Of a DNA stretch of 64,000 nt, positions 24,728-37,700 are shown piece by piece. A model generated the notes under the pieces. That model ran no database searches. It saw only the letters and a program-made list of their open reading frames with translations, and was not told where the DNA came from. The position numbers and the translations under genes were made by a program. This stretch comes from Thalia democratica (taxonomy: Eukaryota), in the NCBI GenBank assembly GCA_965202585.1, contig OZ241834.1:24180001-24244000 (forward strand). The letters are read 5' to 3'. Positions within the stretch are counted from its first letter, which is position 1. Each line of letters starts with the position of its first letter.

Positions 24728-27700
24728 GCGAGAGACCGCTGGTGTGATCTTAACCAAGCGGGCTTTAGTGCATATGCACTGAAGCCACAGTTTATGGGTA
24801 AAGCCCAAAAAGATAACACAGCCAAATCGTTCATATTAACAGATATTTTAACAAATCTCATTTACAAAATTAACTGTTTTAAAGGCTGAAACCGGCTACC
24901 TTTTTTTATTTCTATGAAGTATGTGGAATCTTTTGTAAGTGTAAAAGCATAAATTGTTCTTCTGTACAACACCTTTGTCTCGTTATAGTAGTTCTATGAT
25001 ATAAACTTATTATAACTTTTTTATTTAACATTTAGCATAAGATTAAAAACAGAAAAGTAATTGTGTATTTAGTGTGCCTACTTACAATTTAACATTTCTA
25101 TTAAAAGAGAGAGTTAAACCTAATTTTTATTTTAAAAAATTTATACAACAGATCTCAAGAAACAATAAAATAAACTTACAATATCTATATTTTTTTAATT
25201 TTATATTTTCGTTACATGCTTTATTAAAAAACTTTTATAAACCAGACTAAGGGTGAAAAACGTCCCTCGGACCTGATTGCAGAAATTTCTGGCTCGCTAT
25301 GTGTTTTCTGGATTAAAAATAACTTACATTAATCTTTTTGATTAGAAGTATTTTAAAGTTTTCTTCAATTATTTTTTTTAGTTTAAAGTAAAACTTGATA
25401 AAAGTTTGCTTTTGAATTTTTTTTACATCTGATTACAAAAACTTTTTAATAAGTTTGATCCAAGAGAGGCTTTTTCTATTAAATCTGGCTCGCCAACCAA
25501 AAAGTTACCAACTCCTATACTAGACCATTAATACGCACAGTACAAAATATAGCAAATCGAAAACTTAGAACTTAATTTAAAGTATTAAAAATTTTATTTA
25601 GATTAATGTTCTAATAAAGATAAGTATCGATAAACTAATAAAGATAAGTATCGATAACAGCATGAACCACTCAATTCCAACCGGCCATCATTTCCAACTC
25701 ACTCACATTTACCACCCGCTCAATTCGCATCCGATCAAACCACAGAACCGCTTACTGACCAAGGGTATGGGCTAGGAGTAACAAGAATAGTAAAAGATAA
25801 ATAACAAGCAAATAGAAAAAAATTAGAAAAAATAGAAATAATAAATAAAGCAAATAAAAAAAAATTTTGGATGGGAATTGTAAGTATACTGTTAAAAACA
25901 GCCAATAAAGCATTTTAACAACTATCAAGTTTATCATAGATGTAAACTAAATTATCGCCTAAAAAACATTTCTCTACATGATAATAATAAAATGCCTATT
26001 ACTTTCGACTTTAAATAACAGTTTTGTTTACTTAAAAACGTTTTAAATAACATACTGAAAAACATCAAGAGACAATTAATTTAAATAAACAAAGCTTAAA
26101 GAATATGCTATCTTTTTACATAAAAATGTTGTTTCTTTTTAATTTAATTTACATTTTAATTTAATTTTTAATACAACAAAAAATTAAATAGAAGTGAATA
26201 AATACACACCCACAAGTCTTCTAATGTTTATGTTGCATTTGAGCTTTTAAAAATTGCTGTTTATATTTAAAAAGCGTACTTTAATAAATATGTCAGTTCC
26301 CAAAAGTACATAAAAAGTTTTGTGCATGACTTTAGAAGCAAAATTTATTATTAGAACAAAAAGTTTGGTTCTATATATCATTTAATAAACAAGCCCTGTA
26401 AAGAAAATATTCTTAAAAAAAATAGTCAAAATATTTAATCACTTGCTGTAGAAAAATAGGTCTTGATATATAATTCATTTTTATTATAATAATTTTAAAA
26501 CAAATTTTGTAGCACTTAAGAAGATAACCAAAATGTTAGCCTTTGAATGAGAAAAAAGCTGTTATAATACAATTCAGTGCAGCACATATATTGTTTATAA
26601 CTTGCATGCGTCATATGATAAATGTGGTATCTCACTTATTCTTAAAACTTGTTAAAACCATAGAAAATTAATATTGACCATAGAAGGTTAGTAACTAATT
26701 TCATAATGACCCTAAATTTTGGATATAATTTTTTTGTACAAGAAAAATTTTAGCTAATAACTCCTTTATAATTTTTTGTAAAAGTTCATGAAAAGTATCT
26801 CAATCGAAATTGACGTATATTATAGTTATTATACAGTTTCATGAAGTCTTACAGTTTACGGTATAGACAAAAAATACGTTATTTTACATTAAAAACTCAA
26901 TATACTACAAATATTTCCGTTTAAAACAAGTCAATCTAGTATTTTTTCTTCTTTTATTTCATTCTTCAATTTAATCTTTGTGCTAATTTAGTTGTGTGAT
27001 AAGTTTTAGTGCAAAAGATCAAATTAGTTTTAGATAAATTTTTAAAATTTGTTGTTAACAAATTCTTTAGTCGAAGCTGTTTATATTATTTTTTAACAAA
27101 TAAACTATTCTTTATAAAGCAGATACTCTCAAATTTAAAAGTTTATACTTTTAAGAGGTATTCACTGAAGATTCTATCATTTAAACACTTCTACTTTCAA
27201 CTAATACTAAAGTATTTTTATGTTAAAGTGGTGATTGCTTTTTATGTAGTATTTTAAACTTTATTAGTTAGATAAGTAGGAAAAAATACAAAAACAAGAT
27301 AAATTTTATAATAATTATTTTGCATTAAATTTGTGTACTTTAGTTTTTGGCCACTTTCTAAGATTAATTTAATTATCTCTTTAAATTTCAATTATTAGTT
27401 CACAATATCGCTATTACACTAAATACTTACTAGTTATAATCTAATTTTGTTTGTAGTTAACGTTTATTAATATATATAGACTATAAAGCAATTATGATTT
27501 TTATACTAAATTTTTTTTAAATCAAGATACTATTCAAACAACGATGTAAATTGTCAACGTAAACTATCAATAGAACTGCTTTATACATTTTTTTTTGTGA
27601 AAAATGTTTCAATGACAATAACAACCTTATTCTATCAAAACAAATGGAATTTCATAGTTTGAATTAAATTTTATTATCATAGATCTTATATAGAAACTCT

Positions 27701-28783
27701 TAATATTCGAAATTTTTTTAGATCAACTTGTAAAATTTAAAAGAGTTCTGCATAAAGTAGTGCATAAGTAATTTTTTATTCTTAAAAAAGTTATAACTAA
27801 AAAGTACAGCAGTTAATATTTTTAAAAGAATCTGTATTTCTCTTTTAAAACAACAAAAAAAACTATATTGTTTGAACAAGTAAACTAATCAAAAAGTTCA
27901 TTGTAAAGGTTGTAAAACCTAGAGTTCAAACTTATTGTTATTTACTTTATTGGTGGTACAAACAATGTTGTGATTAGTTTTAGCAAGCATCATTGTTGAT
28001 AAAAACTTGTGATTGTCTACTTATTTTCAATCGGTTTATTTTTACTTTTAGCTTTTCAAACAGTTGAATATTAGTATAAACTTGAAAGTTATATAAATAA
28101 TTTTTAAATTATAATTTTTTTTTTTACAATAAGAAATAATTGTGAACAAATTTACAAGCGAATAAAAATAAGATTTGCAAGAACTAGTTGTGTAACAATA
28201 AATGAATTTCACACCATAATATTTCAAATGTAAATTGATTCTAGATCAGTTGGCTAACTTTTTAAATTAATATATATGATTAAATCTTAGTTTTAAAGAA
28301 ACAAAACACCTTGATTACAGTTATAAAATATTAAATTTTAGCAAGAAATACTGAAAAAAAACTTGATTACATTTAAAAGTGTGCAACATTAGTTAAAGTG
28401 GATAAGAAACTTTGGCAAACTGTTGTAACAAAAAGAACAAGAAAATTAAAAGCACCAAATAAAATACCATTTTAAATAACTATGTTGAAAACTTTAAATC
28501 TAATCGATATATAGTGTTGAAAATAAAATAAACCATTTAAAATAACTATACACACATTTTGAATAAAATAAATTGCTGAAAGCTTAAAAATAAAAAAAAT
28601 ATCATTTTGAATACTTACACTATAGTTTTAAATAAAAGCAAACACTTTTTCAACACTTGATTACTTAAAGTAAATTTAAATGGTAACCAAACAAAATCTG
28701 TTTCTGAATGGGTATACACGGATTATTAATGAAACACTCTTATTTAATTATTATTGCTTTGAAACACTATTAAGGACATGAGG

Positions 28784-31700
28784 TTACTGAAATGTGTCGT
28801 TGATGATTTGTATTTTTTCTTGCTGATGAATTTTTGAAATTCCGGTTGCAACTGCCGGATGAACTTTTCTACCCGCGTATTTCAGCTATAAAATTATTTG
28901 TTATTTTATGGAAGAAAAAAAAATACAAAAAGGTGATCGTATTTTCTTTCTGTCTTTATATTAAAAAACATTACTATTTCGATTTAAAAACAAATAAAAC
29001 TATAATTGTTTTATTCAAAATTAATAAACAAACAAAAACTTGATTGTTCAAAACATTTTTTTCATCAAATAAAATCTTAAATATTTATAAAATATTAAAT
29101 TTAATATAAACAAAAACTTGGATATTCATTATATTTTTCATCCGGGTTTCCACGAAATTCCAGCACCCTCCATTTCTCGATTCCTCCTGGCTCCACACAA
29201 ACTCCTCCGCGTTTGAGGAGTACTTTCTCAACACTTCGGACAATTGCACGGCCGGAAACGGACACAACTCCTCCAACCTTGTTATGAGATTTTTTTTTCA
29301 AGTTTATTAAAATATAATTTAAATATATATTAAAAAATTTTTATACTATTACTTATGCTACTTTTTAATTGATAAACTTAAGCTAAAAAGCTGAGAAGTT
29401 TTAAAGAATGCAATAATTAAGTTTAAACAAAAGATTTTATGCTTTTATACATTAAACATTTAGTCTAATTTAAAAAACTGTTGTACTTTTAATATTGTAT
29501 TCAATTTATTATCGTGTATTTACCCAACCTTATTATAGCCACATTTTTCAAATCCTTTCCTTCAGCAATTAATTTTTCTTTTTCTTCTATCAATGTGTAG
29601 TAGTGCTTGCCGGAACACAATATCACCTTTTTAATTCTAAAAAAAATAATATAGATTGTTATATAAATTAATCTTTAAACTTTTAATTTTCCAACAAAAT
29701 TAACTTATCTGTAGTAGTTTGTTTTAGTTTAAAATACAAAACACATTGTAAAGGTTTGTATGAAATAAAATTTAAAACAAATCGTTGACTGGTGCATTTA
29801 AGTGAAAACACTTTTTTAATATTTTTTAAATTTTTCTTACAACATTTCAAATAAACAAATATACTTTTGAGGGTTTTTAGCTGCAATTTCGTCATCAATG
29901 ACAGGTCTGAAGCTGGTACCCGGTTTGAATTCGTCTATACTTGATGTTGCTGACTGTTATACAAATATTAATCAACTTATTTAGTTAAGGCATAAAATAC
30001 CTTGTAGTCTAAATATAACTAAAATCTTAAATCAAAGTATTCAAAATATTAAACATCTTAAAATTTTCTTTAAAAATTCAAAAAATAAATTGACAATTTT
30101 AACAACAACATTAAGCAGTATTTACTCAAAACTTTCTTATTATTTAAAAAAAATACTTATTCATAAATTAAGTATTAGCAAACTATATACTAACTGTTAT
30201 TCATACAAATTTTAACTAACAGGATACCGAAGGAGGGTTTTGGGGGCGGCAATTACGAGCGGTTTCCTGAAATTCCTGACCATCTGCCTCCTCAACAAAT
30301 GGAAATATTGGGATGGCAACGTCGGGTTGCAAACACTGAAGTTCACCGAGTCCCCGTCGATCCCTTAAGAAAAAATATTTACTGAATGTTGGTTTTGGAA
30401 CACATCGGAAGTTATTAATTTCGATTATTTCACAAAGGTTCTTATTTAACTCAGTTCAAATAGGACATTTTTAAGGGTTAAGGGCTATGAGTTACAGAAA
30501 ATTTTATCATATAAAGGATTATAGGGTCATTAAAGATTGGAGTTGAATATTAAGGAAATTGGAAGTTGTGGATTTGGGCAGCAGAGAAAAAATTAAGTTT
30601 CAAGTTTCGATTTGTGCAGTTTAAAAGTATGGGTTTACGATTAAGATACAGTTTGGTTAGATTAGTTATACTTTTTAAGAAACATAGCTTACTTTTGAAT
30701 TAACAATGTAAAAATGACACGATCCTTAATTTAAATTTCTAATAAGTAATTTAAGAAAGCAAGAATAAAAAATAACTGACTAGCAATATGATTAACCAAT
30801 TTAAATTTTAAAAACTATTTTACTTAAACTGTACTATAGAATAAAAATTTTATAGATCGCACAGAAAAAAAAACTTTACCTGATCAAAAATTAAATTCAA
30901 TTACCTTAAAAAAAGGTTTTGTTAGTTTAGTTTTATTATCAAAATACTGACCGTCTTGCTTGCTGTCGCAGCATTGTAAAAATCTTTCAATTCTGCAGCT
31001 CGAATGTTCCGAACCTGATCCGTCCATTCCGTGAGGAAGAAGAACCACCAACCCCGATTGGTGCATCCATTTCGCTGTGGAAAGTTAATTTTTTGTATCT
31101 GTTTCGCTGTGAAAAGTTAATTTATTTTGCTGTATAGAGTTTTTAAATTAGATTTATAAATCCATTTTGCTGCGTTCAAAGCTAATTTATTTGTATTCAT
31201 TTTGCTGTGCCTAGTTAATTTTATTAATTTTATAAATCTAGTTCGTTGTGTTTACTTAAATTAATTGTTTGTATAAATTCATTTCGTTGTGTTTAGTTAA
31301 GTTAATTAGTTTTATAAAACTATTTCGTTTTGTAATTTAAATATTGGAGCTAAATTATTATTTAAAGATTAATTAGTCTTGATTGATACATCCACTTTGC
31401 TGTGTAAATCTATTTAGATTAATTACAATAATTTCTTTGTGTTAAGTCAATTAAAATTATTTCAAAAACTACAAGCCCCGATTAGTGCATCTAATGCGCT
31501 GTGTAAAGTTAACTTGCGTTATAATAAAACAGCAGGACTTGTGTGTACGTTTCGATGATTAAAGATTCAGTATATTTGAATCCATTTCGCTGAATAAAAT
31601 GTGTGAAATTCTATCTAAAAATAATAAGTCTCGACTGGTGCACCTATTTTGCGGGATAAGTAAATTTAATTTTTCAAAAAGACTCCATTCTTTGATTTAT

Positions 31701-34700
31701 CATACACTTTGCTTAAAAATACCATTTATCAGTAATGTCAACAAAACATTATGGTCAACTTAATCGCAAAACAACAAGTCCTAGTAAAAAACTGTATAAT
31801 TTTGATGAAATGCTATATAATCCAGCTATTTAAAGTTTTTTTTCAAGTTGTTATCTTTTTAAACTGCAAAACAAATGCTTGTGTTTTTGTGAGGTAGTTG
31901 GGTGAAAACATAATATCTACAAAAGCATTTTATCAAACACAAATGTAAACCTTCCCGTTTAACACAAAAGCATACATGTTTATCTCTGGCAAAACTTGTT
32001 TAAAATGACAGCGACTATTTGAAGCATGACTTTTAGAAAAAAAATCTTTTCAAACTTCAACCATACAAAATATATTCAATTTTCACAAAACAGCTATCTG
32101 AAAACACAAGTTACACAACAATGTACCATCAGTATAATCAACTAAATAAAAAAATAGTTATCAGTAAATAATAATTTCGCATCAATTTTACACGAACCAT
32201 CGCTGTAACCATACAAAATAAATTTTTCCAAAGAATAGCACACAATACCTGAAGCATGGTTACTATTTTGTATGGTTAAAGTTTAAAAAAATTATTGTTA
32301 AAATTTTATCCGCATCAGACATTTTACCTTCCCCGCTCAACACGAAAAAGCTACCTGAAACCACTATATTTGCAACATCAGTATATCAATATTGCACAAA
32401 CCTTCCCCGCTCAACACGAACGCGTCGAGCTGAACTTGAGCTCCGTTGAAGAAATCACCGAACTGGGCTTCCCATACGCACAACCTTCCCGGGTTTTCAA
32501 TCGACATCCCGTACTCGTAAGCAACCACCGCCTCCTCTGACAAGTGCGACGACACTATCTGTTGATATCAAATGTTACTTCAAATGTAATCAATGGGTTT
32601 GGAAATAAATTATGGTTACTTGAATGTGATTACACTCATTGTATTTTCACTTGGTATAATAAACTACATAACACACTAGTTTATGTCAAATCCTATATTT
32701 TTCAAGAAAAAAAGTTATTACCAAAAATTTTGAAAAACTATATATACCAGATTATAAAATACTTCACTATATTATAACATTTAAGGCAATAGGGGAGGGT
32801 AGAAGCCATTTTTTGACCAAAAATAACATATAGACTTATATTATAGTAAATTTTATAATCTTTCAGATGCTTTTTTTAGATTTTAAATATATTAAGTAAA
32901 TTTTTTTTTATGACCGGTTATATAAAGGGTTGTCTTTATAAAGGGTATATAAAGGGTAACTTTAAAGCCGTTTTTCTCGAGATTTTAAAAACGGGCTTTA
33001 AAATCTATCTTCTCCTTCATTTTTCAAGCAATCTTCTTCAAATTTTCAGGAAATGTTCCTTACATTATGAGAAAAAAATATTATTTGTGAATTTTAATAA
33101 TTTTAAAAACTAAAAATTTTATGACATAAAAAAAAAAAAGTAATTTTTTATCAAAAAAAAGGTATTTTTACTTGAAATTTTTTAAAATCACAAATAACAT
33201 TTTTTTGTTATTGTATAAAGAATAGACTGTGAAAGTTTGAAGAAGATTGCTTAAAAAATGAAGGAGGAGATAGATTTTGAATGCATTAGTCTTTTTTCGC
33301 CGTTTTAGTTTTTCCTTCCCCATAAGGAACCTGTTATGCGGCCCGACTTTGGCCGGTCATATCTCAAAAACTAATTCGAATTTTTAAAAACAGTAAAAAG
33401 CAACTTGAAGCTTAGTAAAAACTCTATAAAATAAGATCAACTTGTAAAAAACATGGCCTACCCCCCTATGGCCTTAATATAATAAAAATAGTTAAAGTTA
33501 TCATATTAGTTACAATATGCTCAATGCAAAATATTTTACTTCGAGTTTATGTCGATCAGAAAGTTGATTCAACGGAACGAACTGATCTTCAGTTTGCTGG
33601 CAAGTCAGCGAAGCGTGACGATGGGAGAAAGTTCCCCTCCTCACATCCTCCCCGCAGAACCTCACCCCGCTCCCTGACAATAGTATGCTGCCCATGGCAA
33701 CCGCCTCCGCCGTCGACCAATCGCAGGGCTTGTTGTTTTGAATTTTGTCCAATCGCTGCCTGGCATGCATCTTGAACAATGTCTCGTGCATTTGCTGAAA
33801 TTTGTAAAATTATTTATCTAAAAACATCAAGTAAAAAAATTATGAAATAAAAACAAAGATTATGAATTTTGTGCTTTGATTAGGAATTAACGTAAATTAT
33901 TTTAAAATTTTTTTCAACTACGGCTATTTGAAGTAACAAGCTATTAAAATTTTAAATTAATTCTTGGCGAAAATTTATTGTTAAATAGAAATAAAACGTA
34001 CAAACAGTTTTGAAGAGAAAAAATCAAGCTAAAGGCAAAAATTTGAAAATCGAAACTTTCTTTGTTGTAATGTAAAATTTATTAAAATACTCTTTTTAAA
34101 TCTACAATTTTTTCAAACAGTATTATGCGTATAAGACAATCCTGTAAAACTGCAAACTAACAAAATCATCAGGAACTTTGACTGAGGTTGCAGCAATGAA
34201 CCTGAACAGTTCAGTGTCGATTCCGGTGTCCCAGTTAGAAACTGAATTTTCGCTCGGAACCCGCATACTGCTCCACCTACCGGAAAGAAAATAGTCCCTG
34301 GGAGGCTGGTACTCGTCCGCTTGTGACAGGCAAGTGTCCAACCTCCCCATCTCGTCAGACTTCCAGCCCTCAACTTGTTCTTTCGTGACCACATTTTCTT
34401 CCTTTAAATGTTTGTTTGTTATACTTAAAACAACCTACAATAGGATATGACTTTGTTGAAATAAAACTCCGAGCATAAAACAGTGAAGAGTTTCTGGGTG
34501 TAAAAAGTTTTGCCAGTATTATGTGAGTAAAGACTTATGATATAATATTTTTTTATGAATTATTATACTTTTTTTAGCATCAACCTTGAAAAGAATAATC
34601 CGAGTATAATTGAACAATTTATATAGTTTAAAAATATAATAGAACAAACTTTATTTGATCTTGCACCTAGTTATAAAACTTTTTTTCAAAACTAGTTGTA

Positions 34701-37700
34701 AAAAATATTTAAAAAACAAAAAAACACGAACAAATAATCCATAATAAAACAAACTAAACTATTAATTTTTCTGCAAAAGAGTCGGGAAAGGACATCTTGT
34801 TTCTAATTAGTTGGTACATTTTGGGTTGTGTGAAGGATGGGTCATCCAACTCATTATGACCCCACTTTCGATAACATATCATGTCAATAATAATGTCTCT
34901 GTTTAATATTAAATAAAAATCATGTCAAATATTACATCTATGTTTAGTATTTGTTACAAATGATGTCAATAATAATGTCTCTGTTTAATAGTTAATAAAA
35001 ATCATGTCAAATATTACATTTCTGTTTAATATTTGTTACAAATCATGTCAATAATAACGTCTCTGTTTAATATTTAATATAAATTATATCACATAGTACG
35101 CCTATTTTTAATACTAATTTAAAATAAAACTTATAATTACGTCTTTGATTAATATTTATTAGAAATAAATCTATAGTCTGATTCACTGTGGTATATCAGT
35201 ATAGTTCAGGATTTTCCAATTCATTTTAAAAATCGCCCACTTAGCAGAAATTAAAAAATCTCCCCATCTACTATAGTTAATTTCCCATTTGATATTTGCA
35301 CCTTTACTAGTTATTGCTCCCAGACGGCTAAAATTGCCCCGAGGAGGCGCTTACGTGGGAAACATTGGTCGCCCACATTGATTTAAAGGTGCTTGTGTGG
35401 TTTACTAGTATTTTATATCAATTATATAACCTCCAAAAAAATTTAGTTATACAAATAGAAACTCTATTAATACAAAGCTAATACCGATATTTAGAGCAAA
35501 AATACTAAACTTCTTAACAAAAATTTAAATGAATTTCAACTTTTAAGTATATTAATTGTCAAAATGCTTAATATTCCATTTAAACTATATCAAAATCTTA
35601 CTTTCTGTACTTGGTTCTGTATTCATTAGCAATATTAGCGGCAATAACAAGATCTACCATAGAATCTCCGTTCACTCTGATAACAGGACATCCGATCATC
35701 CTTCCTTTGTGAGTTGTATTATATATTTAATTAAGATAACAAATAGATAAATCACTATTCCTAAATTTTTTCAAAACTTTACATTTTCAAGTTGTACAGA
35801 TTTTGAAATGGGTTAAATATTTAGGTGAAAAGTAGTTTTAAATATACTTTTATTTAACTAAATCCATTAAATAAAAAACTTACTTTAAAAAAAAATTGTA
35901 ATCTCTTTTAAAAAGTATAAAAACAATCGTCCTAACCCTTGGTCGGTATTTATTATAATTTTTCAAGTTATTGTTTCTTTTATTTTTTTTAGTTTTGTGC
36001 AAAATTGTCACTTGTGCAAAAGTGAACAAATTAAAAGTTATTTCAAAATAGCTATTTTTTTTGCTAAAATATATCTAGAGTCATTACTTTTACTTCTTCA
36101 AACTTTCGGGGTCATTTTATTCTACTTGTTAAAATTTGGGGTCACTTTTTTACTCAATCCAAAATACTCACTTAAAAAAAATAGTGATCTCTTTAATTAA
36201 ATATAAAAACAATAACTTATTATAATTACGTACCAGGATCACTTGCGTTCTTGGAAGACCTTCCCATGGACGGGTCAGTGGTGAACCCGATCTGATTGTT
36301 CACTATCACATGCAGGGAACCCCCTATGTCGAAACCGGGTAGCTGGGACATGTTCAACCCTTCCATTACTATTCCTATGTAATTTTACTGTGTGTAACCA
36401 CTATGCTGATGTAGTATTCGTATGCAAAACTTAATTTAGACAACATGTTATTTCATATGAGTTTGGTATAAAAAGATCTATACTTTGTAAGCTAAGAAGA
36501 GCAACTTATAAATTGTGTTTAACAGCTCCTGCTTTTTACACTTTTTGGGCTACTAACAAATTGTTTTATAGAAAATCTAAAACTTAAAAACTAATATTTT
36601 ATTCTATTAACGGAATAGATAAAAAAGGAAAGTCTACAACTTTTAAGTAAAAATAAATCAGAGAAAATTTATACCAAAACACCAATTAAAACCTTGCCCG
36701 GTGAAAGCGGCATCTCCGTGTATGAGAATGTTGGTCACCTTATCACCACCCTTCATATCACCACCTTCATTGTAATTACCATCGTTCAGTGTTTGCTGGC
36801 GTGCCCTGCATTTTCCCATTGCTACCGGGTTCACCGCCTGTCAAATTTGTTATACATGAGTATAAAGACCAATACGTATACGTCATGTTTTAAAAATTGT
36901 TTTCTGGTATTTAAGAGGTGATATGACTTTTCATATGTGGATTTTACATGCATCTACATTTTTTCGCGATTATATGTTTTAAAACACTAGTTATCTTTGT
37001 AGATGTTTTGAGAATTTTAAAAGTGAAACAAAAATTATATTGAAAAAGTATCTTAAATTTTACATGGTTATCCCTTACAAAAAAAAATAACAGTTTGTTT
37101 AATATTTATTTATCATATTTATTAAGTTAACTTAAGCTTAAAGCAATCAAAAATTTTCAATAATATGATAAATTAACTATAATATAAGTTTTAATATGTT
37201 TTTCAGCATAACACTTTATAGTAACCTCTAAATGTGAAGAGTTAGGTAGCAGGTTGACCTTGATCTTCTTGTCGCCATAGCAACAAGTGGTTGACGCGTT
37301 CAGGTGAGACAACACGTCACCGGTAGCAACGTGCATGACGTCATCGGGAAATTCGCTCAACCCTTTGATCTTTCTCAGCATCAACTGAAAATAATTTTAT
37401 CACAATACCTTTGAAACATTTTCAAGGAAAATGAAATACATAAATACCGAATACGTTAAATGTTTGTAAGTATTTGAGACAGAAAATTTCACTTCATAAA
37501 ACTTTTCGATTTTTTCAAATAAGAATACATTTTAAATATTATTTCAATTAAAACTTTTTTCAACATGTGATAAGTGTACATAATCGCCTGTTAGAGTTTA
37601 TTATTTATTGTTTAACAGATTCAATTTTTTTACACTTTTGTAAGAAAAAAGAGAAGTAAAAATATCATAGAAATTTTAAATAAACATATATTTTCTGTGT

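Noticed and set aside
25247-25520. Possible decayed hAT MITE (aaccagac/tactagac flanks)
   Set aside because: TIRs match poorly; not supportable beyond a guess.
25607-25920. Possible solo LTR (TGTT...AACA, C-rich core, AATAAA signals)
   Set aside because: No target-site duplication and no second copy in the window.
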